NCBI GenBank assembly: GCA_958009085.1
Contig: OY253673.1
Span: forward strand, 1,116,001 to 1,180,000
Origin: Protoeuglena noctilucae
Lineage: Eukaryota
Length of the DNA stretch: 64,000 bases
Reading direction: 5' to 3'
A program made the translations under genes and the position numbers. Of this stretch, positions 25,403 to 39,200 are shown piece by piece (the first letter of the stretch is position 1; each line of letters opens with the position of its first letter). The notes beneath the pieces are model-generated. The model did no database searches. It saw only the letters and a program-made list of their open reading frames with translations, and was not told where the DNA came from.

Positions 25403-27376
25403 ATGGAGAGCTCGCCGCAGCCATTGGAGTCTGCGACCCCCGAGAGCGACCTCTCGGATATCGAGAGGCTCCCGCGTGACGTTCTCGAAGTCATCATCAG
25501 CCATGCTGGCCTCCTGGCCTGGGCTGCGCTCGCGGGGAGCAGCCGCACGTTGTGGGCGACCTTAACGGGTAGACGCGTCATCGAGGGCCAGCAAGCTGAC
25601 CAGCAAAGCAGCGAGGCCGACGGGTGAGCGGCAAGTTAGGCGACAGCAATGCCGTCAGCCGCTGGCGCCGCACCTGCCCAAGCCGTCGTGCAGGGCTCAG
25701 CCGGCTCGGCGCCTGGTGCCACGAGTTGACCCTCCATAATTGCTGTAATCGCGGCCCGCATTGCTCCCCGCAGGTTCACCGGAGTCCACGTGTATACGGC
25801 AAGCTTCCATGCGTCGGGTCTCCACACGCGCCTGGACGACGCGACGCTCGCGAGGCTGTGCGCCGGGCCGTTGTCCCGCGTGCGTGCCCTCTCCCTGGCC
25901 GGGTGCACGCGCGTCACTTCCGAGGGCCTCACGGCCATTGCGACGCTGTCATGCCTACATCGCCTCGACCTGGGCGACCGGGACGTGGACGGGCCCACGC
26001 TTCGGTCGCTGCTGGCGTCGCTGCCCACGCTGACGCACTTATCGCTGCACAGCGGACGTGCCGCCCTGCACGGCGCCGCGGACGCCGTCGCATGCGCGCC
26101 GGCGCTTTGCGACCTGTCCCTTCCCGGCTGCAAGCTCGACGACAGCAACGTCGCCACCTGGGCCGGCTCCCTGCCCCACCTCATGCGGCTGGATCTGAGC
26201 CATAACGACCACGTCTCGGAGCAGGGGCTGCACGCGTGCCTCCCGGGCATGCCGCGGCTCCGCGAGCTGCTCGTGGACGCCTGCGCGGGGGTCACGGGCG
26301 GTGCCCTGCGCCACGTGCCCCACCTGCACGCCCTGCACGCCCGCCGCACCGGGGTCGACCCTTCCCACCTGTCCTCGCTCACCTGCCTGCGGGTGCTGGA
26401 CCTCTCGAGGTGCCCGGCAGTCACGGACGCCTCCCTCGCCCACCTGGCGCCGCTGTCGGCCCTGCACTCGCTGCGCCTCCAGCAGTGCGACGTCTCTGGC
26501 GCGGGCCTCGCCCACCTGCGCGCCGCGCTGGGCCGGACCGACGGGCACGTCGTCGACCTCGACCTGAGCGGGTGCCGCATGACGGACGAAGGGCTGCTGA
26601 GCCTGGCGGGCATGCGGGGACCGCCGGCGCTGCGGTCTCTGTCTCTGTCCTTCAACCGAGGCGTGTGCCGGGGCCTGCGCGCGCTCGCAGGTGCCCCCCG
26701 CCTGACCCGCCTGGTCCTGCGGTCGTGCCGGGCCGCGGGCGACGACGCCGCTCTCCACGCCGCCGCCCTCCCGCGCCTCCGGGCCCTCGATATGTGCGAC
26801 TGCGAGGCCCTCACTGACGCGGGCGTCGCGCACCTGCGCCTGTCGACGTCTCTGGAGGACCTGGACCTCCGCCGGTGCCCGGGGGTGTCGGGCGATGCTC
26901 TCGCGCACCTCGGGGGGCTCACGCGGCTCACGAGCCTCCGGATGGGAGGCGCCGTGAGTATCATGGGGCCCACCTCGCCACGCGCCGCGAGCGTGCGCGG
27001 GGCCGGGAGCCGCCCGCGCGTCGGCGACGAGCACCTGGCGCACGTGGCGGGCCTCACTGCGCTGCGTCAGTTGGAGGTAGCGCCGGCGGAGGGCGTCACG
27101 GACGCGGGGCTGGCGACGCTGAGCGCCGCGTTGGTGCACCTGACGTCGCTGCGCCTGACGTGGTGCGAGCGGGTGACGGGGGCAGGCCTCGAGGCGCTTT
27201 CAAGTTTGGCGCTGGTGCGCCTGGACCTGACCGGGTGCCGGCGCGTTTCTGGCATCGATCTGGCGGCCTTCAGCACACCCCAGGGCAGCCCCAGGGCCAC
27301 GAGCTACGCGGGGGCCATGGCGATTGCGCGGGGGCCGAGGAAGGAGGCTGGGGAGGTGGTGGCTGCGTCGGTGTGA
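25403..27376 (+). CDS. F-box/LRR-repeat protein (FBXL-like)
   Basis: F-box-like IERLPRDVLEVIISH followed by many LxxLxLxxCxxVTDxGL repeats. One intron ~25624-25773. Confidence 0.85.
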
Positions 27377-27682
27377 GAGGCAGGGGCGTAGGGGCAGTGC
27401 AACGTGCCTGGGATTGCACGTGTACCGTTGAAGAGGACACCATTTGAAAGAAAGGAGAGGGTACGGTGGAAGACAGCCTCGGAAACCGGAGGAGCAAGCC
27501 ACGACAACCCCTACACTTCAGAAAACGTCAAACAGCAGAGGCTCTGAGCTTTGCGATCAACTGAACGTTCTCTGGCATCGCATGCCACCCCGACACAGCC
27601 ACGTGTCCCTGACCTCCACCAGCGCCCACCACGACGGCCCACCACAGACAGTCGTACCATTGGGATGGCGAAGAGTGTCATC

Positions 27683-30600
27683 TCACGCCAGCCCCAGGGC
27701 GCTCAGCTCCGCTTTGATCTCCTGCACCTCTGCAGCCAGGCGCTGCACCACGTCAGGCCCGTCCTTCTCCATCGCCTGCGAACGGAAAGCAGATGCAACA
27801 CAGGGTGACGAGAAAGAGAGTGTGTGCCGACGTGGGGCTTACGTTTGACGGTTCATGGAGTTGATGGCCTGTCAGAAGCACCTATGCAGGTAAGCCACTC
27901 CACCCCTCCTCACTCAAGCACCGCACCCTCCCTCCCAAACCCCTTCCTCGCCTTCTCCAGCGGCGCGCGTATCTTGCGCTCCTTCTCGACGTCCTTCTTG
28001 GCCTTCTTGGCAGCCTTGTCGTCCAGGGCTTTGCCCTCGGCATCGTGGGTGGGGTCGCCCGCATCGTCGAACCGAGAGTAGCGGTCACGCAGGGCATCCT
28101 GGGAGGCCAGGGTGTGAAGAAAGGAAGTGTGTTACCCTAACCCAATTCACGATGATGACCATGAACCTTGATTAGTTAAGAAATCCTGCCGCCACCCAAC
28201 CTGCCACCCTCACTGCCATCCCACCGCCCCCTCGCCTGCACCCTCGGCAGCTCCGCCAACTTCTGCAGCTTTTCCAGATCCCTCTCCTTGCGCTCCAATG
28301 CACTCAGCAGCTTCTGCGAAGGTGAGGGAGCCATGGAGCTTTAATGGGCCGTCCAACGACGCTCAGCCTTTCCTCACAAGTGGGACCGGGCAGGCCGCCA
28401 AAGAGCATCTCTTGTTCCGAAACAACCATCGTACAACTCGTCCTTTTCTTCTGCCACATCATCGCAGCACCGCTAACAGTACGCGCACCCACGGGGCACT
28501 CGCCACGGCAATGCTCGCCCCCCGTTGCATTGCCATGCCTCGCACACTTGCCTTGGTCTTCGCCTCCATCGCCGCCCTCTCCTTGGCCTCCACCTCTGCC
28601 CTGAGCACTGCGGGGTCCTCCTTCTTCCACACCGCCTTCCCGGTGGGTCGGTCTTCCAATCGAATCCCCAGGTCCACCAGCGTGTGGTCCCTGATAGGTG
28701 CAACGCAAGGCACCAATAGGTGAAACGACAGACACCAGGATGACTACCAGCCAGCTATGGTTCCTGAGAAGTGCAACGCAAATTCCCACGCGCACTGGCT
28801 ATCAGTCATGTCATCCAGTGCCGCCGCCCATGCACCGCACTACCCACGTCACGACCACTGCGCGCGCACCACCACTCACCTCACACGGTCGCAGGCCTCC
28901 AATACGGCGCTCATGGGCGCGCCGCCCCTCGCGATGCCCCGCACATCGTCCCGGAAGTTCGCCAACGCGTCCATCACCCCTGTCATCCCCGCATCGTCCG
29001 CACCCTCCCCGGAGCCACCCAGGCCCAGACGGTCCGTTGCGCCGTCCCCCAGGCCAAAGAGCGCGCACACGCGCGTCACGAGGGCCGCCGCCTTGCGCAG
29101 CAGCAGCGGCTGCGGACGCGTGGGGTTGCGAAGGATCAATGCACGCCCATCAACCTGTGTCCCGCACATGACCCGGCACGAGTGTCTACAACAGCAGTCG
29201 CCATAGCGCGCGCCGGCGTGAGACCAGGCGCCCTGGCATAACATCAGAGCGCAGAGGGTGACAGTGCAGTGCCCACACCGCCATCCAAACATCGCGCTCA
29301 CCTGCGCCCGTCCCCCTCCCTGGGCCGCCGACTGCTCGCGCGCGGACATGTAGAGGTTGCACGCCTTGATGAGCTCCGCCAGTGCGTCCATGGCGCCCCG
29401 CGTGTTGACGTTGTCGCACAGGCTCGCGTGCACGTCGGCCTCGCAATGCGCCACGGCCTGGGCCAGCTGGCCCTCCTCGGACTCCCACTTGGTGCTCCCC
29501 TCCGCGCGAGTCTCACGCAACACCACCTGCGCCGAAGCATGGGAATGGTGATGCGAGACATGCACCGAATTATCAATCGCAACATGCATGTCATGAGAGG
29601 CTAGCGTCAGAGCCAGGGTACGACGTGCCGTCCCACTGCTCCCACTGCTGCCTCTATCAAGGGTAAGTAAGGCCCTTATGGCAACCAAGTCACCTGTACG
29701 TTTGCAAAGAAGTTCCTCAGCGCCGCCTCCCGCGTGCGCATCTCCTGCTGCGCGCCCTCCCCGTACATCATGCTCTTGTCCCAGGGCTGGAGGAGGAACA
29801 TCAAACGCAGCTGCCGGGGCGAGAAGGTCGCCAGCGCCTGCCTGCGGGAGAGGGCGGGGCACGGGGCGCAGGTGCGGTAACTGTTGACTGTGAAATCTAC
29901 CTGACCCTGTGCAGTCCCATCCACCATTGAGTATCAAAAAAAATATACAAGGGTCTTGGCAGTGACTTGAGAGCAGATCACAACGCAGCGACAGTATTCA
30001 GTTAACTGTTGCTGTTGCTCGTCTTCTCATGACATGCCCACCCACGCATCGCGTGTCTCACCGGATGGTGATGAAGTTTTTGAGTGACTTGGACATTTTG
30101 AGCCCCTCGATGTTCAGGTGCCCGGTGTGCAGGAAGTAGTCCACCCACTGGTGGCACCCGCAGTCGTCAAAGAACGCCTCGGCCTGCGGGGTGGCCGATA
30201 TGAGAGACATGTGGGAACAATACGGGAACACGTCACACTGATAAACTGACGCGACTGAGACTCAGGCATCAACTGGGATGGGAGTGAATGTCCTGTTGTA
30301 ACCATACATGGACAGCCCAGCTCATCCGCAGCATTAAGCCTGTCTACCAACCCCCCTGGCCCCAGGCCCCTCGCCTGCGCGAGCTCATTGGTGTGGTGCG
30401 GGAAGCGGAGATCGTGGCCACCCGAGTGGATGTCCAGGGAGCTGCCCACGAGGGACGATGCCATGGCGCTGCACTCGATGTGCCAGCCGGGGCGGCCGGG
30501 GCCCCAGGGGGAGTCCCAGGCAGGCTCCCCGGGCTTGCTCGCCTGCAGGTCAGAGATGGGTGTACTGGTGCAACAGAGTGACACGGTTGTTAGTGGGGGG

Positions 30601-32505
30601 CTAAGGTGAGGTCGACGCAGAGTGTCATGTGCGGAAGGCACAGATACACACACGATTCAAAGGGCCCACAGACCCGTGCTAGAATGGATGTTATGAGCAT
30701 TTCCACCCCTCTAGCCCTCACCTTCCACAGCGCGAAGTCCTGCGGGTTCCGCTTCTCGGTGCAGGCGAACTCCCCCCCGACCTCGCCCTCAGCGGCCAGC
30801 ATGGACCCCACCGCCCACGGGTTGAGCTTGCCGTACACGTGGCCGCGGGCGCGGAACGCCGCCGTGTCAAAGTACACGGAACCTGGCGGAGAGAGGGCAG
30901 GCACAGGGTGTGCCAGCTGTGTGGCAAGCAGCTTAGGGGGGTGACACGTGCGTGCGAGGGTGCCTGCTGATCCTCGCGCCCGCAACAATGTGTTGATTGA
31001 TAGCAACTCTCTGCCGCGACTTTGATCCCACCCGCAGCACCAGCGCGCCCCTCACTCGCACAACCCCGCCCCCTCTGCCCTGTTAGTCACAAGCAAAGGC
31101 ACTCACCCCCGGATGCGTAGGCCATGCCCTGCGCCACGATCTTCTCGACGTAGGCCACGATCTCAGGCACGTACTCGCTCACGCGGGGCATGGCGTCCGG
31201 TGGGCGGACCCCCAGAGCCTCCATGTCTTCCAAGAACTGCAAAGGAAACAGAACGTGATGTGACTAGTAGTTGCAGTGAGGTAGATATGCCGGAGATGTG
31301 AGGTGCGCGGCTCGTCTAAGCGAGTGGCAGAGAGCGAAGGTGCCAGCCGTGTGCTATGTGTTGTCCACGCACGCGCCGCGCCGCTGCAGTGCTTAAAGAC
31401 AAGCTCCACCATCCCCGCCCCTCACCTCCTTTTCGTATCTCGCCGCGTGTGCCCGGAACACCCCCGGGTCGCGCAAATCGGCGCCCTTCTCCCGGTCCAG
31501 TGCCTCCGCCACCACGTCCCCTGCCACTCCCAGCACCTCCTCCACCGTCGACTGCCCCGCAGCCGCCCGCTCCTCCAGCGCCCGCGCCGTCCCCTCCGCC
31601 TGGGACAGCTTCAGCCGCTCCTGCAGACGCACAGACACAGGCGCGACGATGTATAGTACTACGATGCAGGCACGACAAGGTAGACGATACAGGAACTTCC
31701 ATGGGAGAGTAGCCCTTAGCGTGTTACGGCTGATACTTGCAAAGCAAAGCACAGGGCACCACGCCATGGCATTTGCGCCTCGTCCATGTGCCCCGCACCT
31801 GTTCCAGCGCTTCAACCGTGTCCTGCACCACCCGCGCCTGTGCCTTGTCGCCCGCCTCCGCCGCGCTCTTGGCCTCCGCCAGCGCCGCCTCCGCCTTGCC
31901 CACCTTGCCGCGCGCCCGCTCCACGGCGGCGGCCGCAGCCTCGCGGGCAAAGCGCAGCACCGATGGTGGGTCCAGGTTGGACGCACGGTACTGGCCCAGC
32001 AGGTGGTGCAGGCGCGCGCGCTTAATGATCTTGTCATCCACGTCTGCGCGGAGAACGCGGGCAGATGGCGCGCGCGGGGCGGGGGCCGCGGCGCGCGCCG
32101 GGGCAGCACGCGCAGCACGCCGCACCTGTCACGTTCATCACGAAGAAGATGTTGTAGCCAAAGTAACCCTCCAGCACGCGGCGCAAGATGTCCACGGTGA
32201 GGTAGTTGCGCGCGTGACCCATGTGAGCGGAATCGTAGACGGTAGGGCCGCAATTGTACCATGTAATGCGCTTGCAGCCCGGGCCGCCTCTGCGAGAGGG
32301 AAGCGCGCAGCTGGGCTCGCCCTCGCGACGCAGCGTACCACAGACAACCGCAGCAGCTGACGCGGACAAGGACGGCGCGCGGGGCGCGCGCTCGCCTCGG
32401 CACGAAGGGGACCTTCTCGTCCAGCAGGGAGTTGTACAGGCGCAGGCCCTGGGGGTGCTCCGCGCCCGGGTGCGGGCTCTCCCACACGCGACTCATGGCA
32501 GCCAT
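27683..32505 (-). CDS. CARS: Cysteinyl-tRNA synthetase, eukaryotic cytosolic type
   Basis: [99 protein letters not shown]. Confidence 0.96.
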
Positions 32506-33267
32506 CCCTGCGGCTGAGCGCAGGGGTCGCGATTCAAGCGCTCGTCCCAGGACACAAGCGGCGTCGCGATGGACGGCGGGACCTGGGTCGGGAGAGTCGT
32601 GGCGTCGGATCGAGCCGCCGGACGCTGGTTTAGCGGTGTCAACGGCTCGACTGCTACGCATGCCGGCCGCTGCGCGATCGCCGCTGCGCTTGCGGCTCCC
32701 CGACGGCCGGCGCACCGACTTCTGCACGCAGGACACGGTCCCCTCGGCAAAGCCGTCCTCACAGCCCCACGACGCGCGAGTCCACGCAGGCTCCGGCGTG
32801 CGCAGAGGGTCCACCCGAGCCGCGACTGGCCTTGTACGGTCACGGGCCACGCGCCTGCTAAGTTCGAGCTGCCGGTCACGCGACGGGAAGAAAACGCACG
32901 CTTTTTCGGGCAATGAGGCGCCGGAGCAGCCCCCTACCGTGGTGAAATCTCGTGCAGGAATCGGTGACGGACGGCAAGGGCATCGTGCGGGCTCCCTTTC
33001 CGTCGCCGTTCGTACCCTCCCTGACGGTTATTGCACTTGTGCACGGCTGGTAACCCACAATGCAGCTGCAGATGCCGCAGGCAACGAACTTGACGACGTA
33101 CCCATTCCTTTGCATGCCCCCTTTGTGCTTGCAAAGATTTTCAGATTCATAGCAGCGAGGTGGTGGCAGGTCCTGCTCCGGTCCCCCGGACGAGGAGCGG
33201 AGTTGCTTTAAAGCGTGGCGTAACATGCACGCCCACTGAGGCAGCCGCCCGGGGGGTGCGCGTCACC

Positions 33268-36200
33268 ATGGACGTGTTTGGGGACCTTGAGGCGGAGGTC
33301 CGGCGCGAGCTGGATGCGCTGGGACCGCTGAGCCCCGCGCGGCTGACGCCCGAGCCGTCCGGACTAACACCGGAACCCAGGTGCGGGTCGCCGCGCGCTC
33401 TGCGTTGTTCCATTGGTCTCCGCGCCGTCCATGTGTCTTGCTGTATTTATGTAGAATCTTCTGATAGCTATGGAGCCTCGCGGCAAGTCCTGTTCCCCCT
33501 GAAACCCGATCCGGGTGCTGGGTCACATCTGGGAAGCCGCGCGCGTCCCTGGATGCGAAGGAGCGGCCCGGATTTGCTCGCTCGACACTGTCTAACTTTG
33601 TTCCATCCCGCAGCTGGGGCGCGCGCCTCCCCCATCAAGGCGCGACGACGCTGGAGGAGCTTCTGCAGGATTCGGACACCGAGTCCGACGCCAGCGTCTC
33701 GTTCAGCCGGCCGCAGAGCTCCCGACCACATCACAAGCCGCTGATGGCGGTGTTCGAAAGGTGGGCCCTATCCAGAGGCGCTGCTGCGGCGCGGTTCGCG
33801 CGCACGGACCCTGTGCACGCTGCCCAACGCATTGCTCCGCCCACTCGCGCGTTCACGGGCACCCGCAGGGTCCGCAACCAAGATGCTCTCGTACAGCGTG
33901 TGCAAAAGAGCATTGACGAGTTCTCCCATCAGCTGTCCACCGTCCCCGTGCGCGCCGAGTCGCTGGCCCGCGACAGGCCAGGAGATGCCAGCACCTCCGG
34001 GCGCCCCGCGTCGAGCGTTGGCCGCACCGCTTCGAACATCGACCTTATACGCGCGTCCTTTGCCTGGAGCGCGCTCAGCGGAGCGTCCGGAGGCGCTGCC
34101 AGCCGCCCTCCGTCCGCCCTCAGCAGCCTTCCAAGCACTCCCGACCTCAGCAGCAACAGGACCACGAATGCGGGGCTGCGAGAGGGCGAGGTGCTGCCGC
34201 AGCATGGCGCGGGGGTCGCGCCGGAGGGCGTGGTGCCCGGGGAGGCAGAGGCCGGACCCACCGCAGGCGCGGAGGCGTGGCAGCGTGCCGACAGCGGGGC
34301 AGCTCCATCCGTCGCCAACGCGCCGTCAACGGCAGACGCGCCAGAAGACGCGGAGTCATCGGACGGGGTCGAGGCGGAGGCTGCAAGGGAGCGGCGGCGG
34401 CGGGCGTTGCAGGAGGAAGAGGAGCGGCTGGCGTGGGAGGCGAGGCAAGAGGCGGAGGCGTACGAGGCGGCGATGAGGGATCGGCGGCTGCGGCGGCAGG
34501 AAGAGGAGCGCGCGGCGCGGGAGGCGGAGGCGGAGCAAAGGGTGAGGGGCGGTGCAGGGGTTGCTGCATGGCCAAGTGCAGGCCAAGCCCCAGCGGTCCC
34601 ACCGCTGGGGTAGAGATCAGCAGAGGGCACGATGAGACTTACCAAGTGTGGCTCTGCGTGCAGCGGGCATTGGAAGAGGCCGAGGAGCAGAGGCGTCGCC
34701 AAGCGCTGCGGGAGATGGAAGCACGGCTGGCAGAGGGGCAGCGGAGGGCAGAGGAGGAGCGGGCAGCGGCGGAGGCGGAGCTGCGACGGGTGCAGGTGTG
34801 CGACGCTTTTGATGCACCGGTGAACATTCCAATGGCAGCGGCAACTGGGTTGATGCAATGCGTCGTCCATGGTGGTGGCACTTGGGCGGACGTCCCTAGG
34901 GGCTCTCCTGTCCTCACACTTGCAAAAGCAAATACCTCGACTACTTCACTGTCTCTGCGCAGGAGGAGCAGGCGGCGCAGGCCGAGGGGCTGCGGCGCAG
35001 GCGCGCGGCAGGCGTCATTGCACGACACTGGCGGGCGTGGCTGGGGTCGGCAGTGCGGGGGGCGCGCGTCGAAGCAGCCGTGCGCATTCAGGCTGCGATG
35101 CGTGGGGCGCTCAGCCGACGGCACGCGGAAGCGGAGCGCCGTCGGAGAGCCGATTGCGACCAGGCAAGCGAACTTGACAGTACTGATACAACTACTCACT
35201 CAGCGGCATAGTGATACACCATGTACCGTGAAGCATAGCTGTTGTGATATCATTGCCTCCATTTGCTCCACCGCAGGCTCTCCGGGCGCTCCAGCGGGCG
35301 CTCGAGGACGGCGATGCCCCAGCAGCGCAGCAGGCGATGGGCGCCGCAGCGGCGGCGGGCGCCAGAGACGAGGCCCTCCGCCTGCGCGCTGCGTTCGAGG
35401 GCCAAGTGGCCCAGGCCAAGGAGCGCCTCAGTGCCGCGGCCGAGACGGGGACCTTCGAGGTGTGCGGGAGTGGCACAGGCAGCGACCCTGGCCGTGCCAT
35501 GCGTTTGCGACGGCATCGCATTTGCAAAGATACCCAAACCGTCGTCGCCTGTCCCACCCGCAGGAGTTCACTGCCGCCGCTGTCGCCTGCCGCGCCCTGG
35601 GCTCTGCCGCGGCTGCGTGCGTACCCCCAGCGGAGGCGCGCGTGCAGGATCGCCGTGCGGCCGCCGAGCGCGCCGCGCGGGAGGCCGCGGACCGCGGGGC
35701 GCGTGGCGAGGCGCGGGACTGGTGTGCCAAGGCAAAAGCCCTGGGGTCGAGCGTCCAGGCACTTCACCGCATCGAGACGGCCGCCGTCGAGGCATCACGC
35801 GCCCTGGTCGCGGAGCTGCAGGCGGCCGCGCGGGGCCCCGGCTTCGACGAGGCGCGGTGGCGCCGCGCGAGGGCCTCCGCCGTGGCCGCCGGGCTGGGCC
35901 GCTACGTGCGGGAGGAGGAGCAGGCGCTTGCCGCACGCCGTGCGCGTGTCTCTGCGTCGCTGCGTGACCTGAGGGCCGCACTCGCGCCCGCCTCCTCCCG
36001 GGGGCTCCTCGGGTTTGCGGCCGCGGACGGCGCTGCGCCGCCGCTCGCGGGCAGCGTGGCGCTGGCAGAGGAGGCGTTGGCGGACGCGGCCCGGCTGGGG
36101 CTCGCCCAGGAGGCCGCCCTCACAAGGGAGGTGCTGGCGCGCGAGCGCAGCCGGTGCGCGGAGGGGCTGGCGGCGGCGGCTGCGGCCGGCGACGTGTCGG

Positions 36201-39200
36201 CCTACGAGGCCGCGGCGGAGGCGGCACGGGAGGCAGGGGTCGACGCGGGGGCACTGGCGATGGCGCAACGACAGTTCGGGCACCGGCGGGCCGAGGCGGA
36301 GACCGCGGTGCTGGAGGCCGGGTCGACGGGGACGCTCGCGGCGTTCGCCTCGGCGCTGCGGGCGGCCGGGCCGATGCTCCCGGGGGGGCCAGGGAGCGCT
36401 CTGCTGCGTGCGCGGGAAGCCATGGCAGCTCGGCGACTGCGGTGCGCCGCGGCGCTGCGAGACGCGGCAGTCGCTGCGCTGCAGGGGTTTCTCCCTGCCT
36501 CGTCATCCCGAGCACCCCGGGAGTGCTGGGGTGACGAGGGTGCCAGCAACAGTGGGGGCGTGAAGGGCGCTGCGCTGCAGGGGTTTCTCCCTGCCTCGTC
36601 ATCCCGAGCACCCCGGGAGTGCTGGGGTGACGAGGGTGCCAGCAACAGTGGGGGCGTGAAGGGCGTTGGTAGTCGTACGCAAGACGACCTGGCCCGGGCG
36701 ATGGCGCGGCTGCGTCCGGCACTCGCGGAGGCGAACGCGCTGGGGTTGGCGGGGGGCATTGCGGCGGCTGTAGAGGCGCTGAGGGCTGCGGCGAGGGCGA
36801 GGGAGGCTGCGGGTGCTGGGGTGGTGGCGCAGTGTGTGCTGGAGCGGTTGGAGGGCAGCATGTGTCGCGGAGACAAGTGCGAGGAGAGCGAGGACGCAGT
36901 GGCTTCGCGGGTGGACGAGATGGTGGCATACGAGGTGACAAAGCATGGCAAACGCTCACATCATGGTGCGCTCATGGCATCCCATCTCCCTTCCCTCGTT
37001 CCATGCCAGCCCCCAGCTGGTGCATGTGTCCTGCCGCAACCTCTGCCGCGCGTCAGTACGCCTCTCCCTCGCTGCCCTCAGGCACAGCACGCTTCCACCC
37101 GGGGTGCAGACGGGGTCCCGTGGGTGTCGGCGCGCCGGCCCATGTGGCCGCCAGCCGCGGACGCTGCCGCGGTCGTCGTCGGGCACGCGGCGTTCGCCGC
37201 TGCGCAAGCGGAGCCCGGTGCAGGCCCCCCCGGGCACCGGGCAGCGGGTGTCATCAACACGCCTGCCCCGTTGACCCCAGCGTTGCACGCACCATCCGAC
37301 GCGGTGGCGACGCGCCCCACATCACGCGCGTCTGACGCGAGCTTCCACAAAGACGTCCCCGATAACATACTCACGGGCCAGATGCTCCAAGAGAGGTGCG
37401 GTTGCTGATATTGGCGCCATTGCATGGTTGCGCCGCTACCAATGCTGTTGGTTGTGTGACACGTGCGTATTTTGGCCCCGCCCGCAGACTCGTGGGCCTC
37501 TCGCCGTCAACTCTCGCGGCCCTCGACCTCTCCTCTACCGCTCTGACGGGCCTGGGCAAAGCCCTGAGCCACGCCACGCTGCCGTCGCTGACCCGCCTGC
37601 GCCTGGACTCGTGCCACCTGCGTTCCCTGGATGGCATCGAGGGCCTCGCGCGCCTCACGGAGCTCTCCGTGCGCCACAACCAGCTCTCCGACGCAGGGGC
37701 GCTCCGTCACTTGTCGTCCCTCCGGACGTTGTCGCTGGATGAGAACTTTCTGACGGACGCAGCGCCCATCGCCAGCTGCACGGCCCTGACGCAGCTGAGC
37801 GTGTCGGGGAACGACCTCGCGCACGTGCAGCTCCACGCCCTGCGCGGACTGGAGTCCCTCAACATCGCAAACAACCCTCTGGCGTCAGACGCGGGGCTGG
37901 CGTGCTGCTCCTCCCTGACCATGCTCAACGTCGCCGGGTGCCAGGTGCGTGGTGGCAAGGACGAGAAGTAGCCGATGTCACCTTCTAGAGAGCGCATGTG
38001 GCACGTGCTGTGCCCGAGCTGCCCATCATGTCTGAGCCTTGTGGGGTCGCAGGCACGCCATGTCGCTGGCTTTCACGCGCTCAAACAGCTCCATGCACAA
38101 CCCCTCGGTGTTACGTCGCCCTCGCAGCTGCCTTCGTTGGCCAGCGTGGCCCACATGCCGGTGCTGCGGACGCTCGTTGCGTCGCACAACCGCATCACCA
38201 CGCTCCCGCCCTTCGCCAGTGCTCTACTGCAGGCGAGCGGCGGCTTCGGTACTAGTTGCGCCCTCTTTCGTGCATTGGCGCCATACTTGGTGGAGTTTGG
38301 ACTGCGTCAAGCCAGCCAGCTGTTCGGTGCAAGCGCCTGGTTGCCTGCAACTTGTAAGCCACTTCCCTCATTGGCTACCCGCAGGAGGCATGGCTGGACG
38401 GCAACTGCATTGTCTATGTCCAAAGTGTGCCGTGGCTGCCGCACCTGAGGGCGCTGTACCTGCAGGACAACGAGGTCGTGTCCCTGTGCCCGCTCGTGAG
38501 TCGCAGCTCTGTTCTTCATAAGCCATCATCGTTGGGCGTCAGCGATCGTGCGTTGTTTGCGCTCTCTCAAGCAGCTTGTCAGTCACGCAGCTTGTTGCAC
38601 ACGCAACCGTTCAGTGCTGCTCTGCTGACCTCCCAACACCTCTGCCACCCTTGCCCACCCACAGTCGACCCTCCCCGTGCTGCACACGCTGGACGTGTCC
38701 TTCAATGCGCTCATGGACCGGGGCGCCCTGCACTGCGTGGCTGCAGCCACCACCCTACGCGTCCTGCGCATTCAAGAGAACCCCCTCTGTGCCCTGCCCC
38801 ACCACGCGCGGCACGTTCACAAGGCGAGCAGGGGCGGATGGTCGAGGCGGGGTGTTTATAACAGGAGATCATATGGTATTGTTCGAGAAAGTGCCCGGTC
38901 GTAGTGGTTGCCCGGCAGTGCCCATAGCACCCGAGCATGGGTGTGCTATTCAAGTTAGGGTGAAGGTGCGGCCTTGCCATCAACAAACCCACCAGTTCCT
39001 GCGCCCAGGTGCTCCCTTGGCTCTCGGAGCTCGACAACGAGCCCATATCCGCCCCGGCCCGCGCCCGCCACCTCACCGCCGCCCTCCGAGGGTCGCCTCG
39101 CCTGGGGTGCGCCGTGGCCCTGGGCTCACCAAATATGGCTGGGCCAGGAGGGCCGTCGCCGGTGTGGAGCATCGCGGGCGTCTTGCGGAAGCTGAGCGGT

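Noticed and set aside
25636..27139. Long antisense or alternate-frame ORFs (also 8522-9427, 31393-32913, 39918-41213, 42276-43403)
   Set aside because: Shadow ORFs or intron read-through expected from high GC; they overlap well-supported genes and carry no independent motifs.
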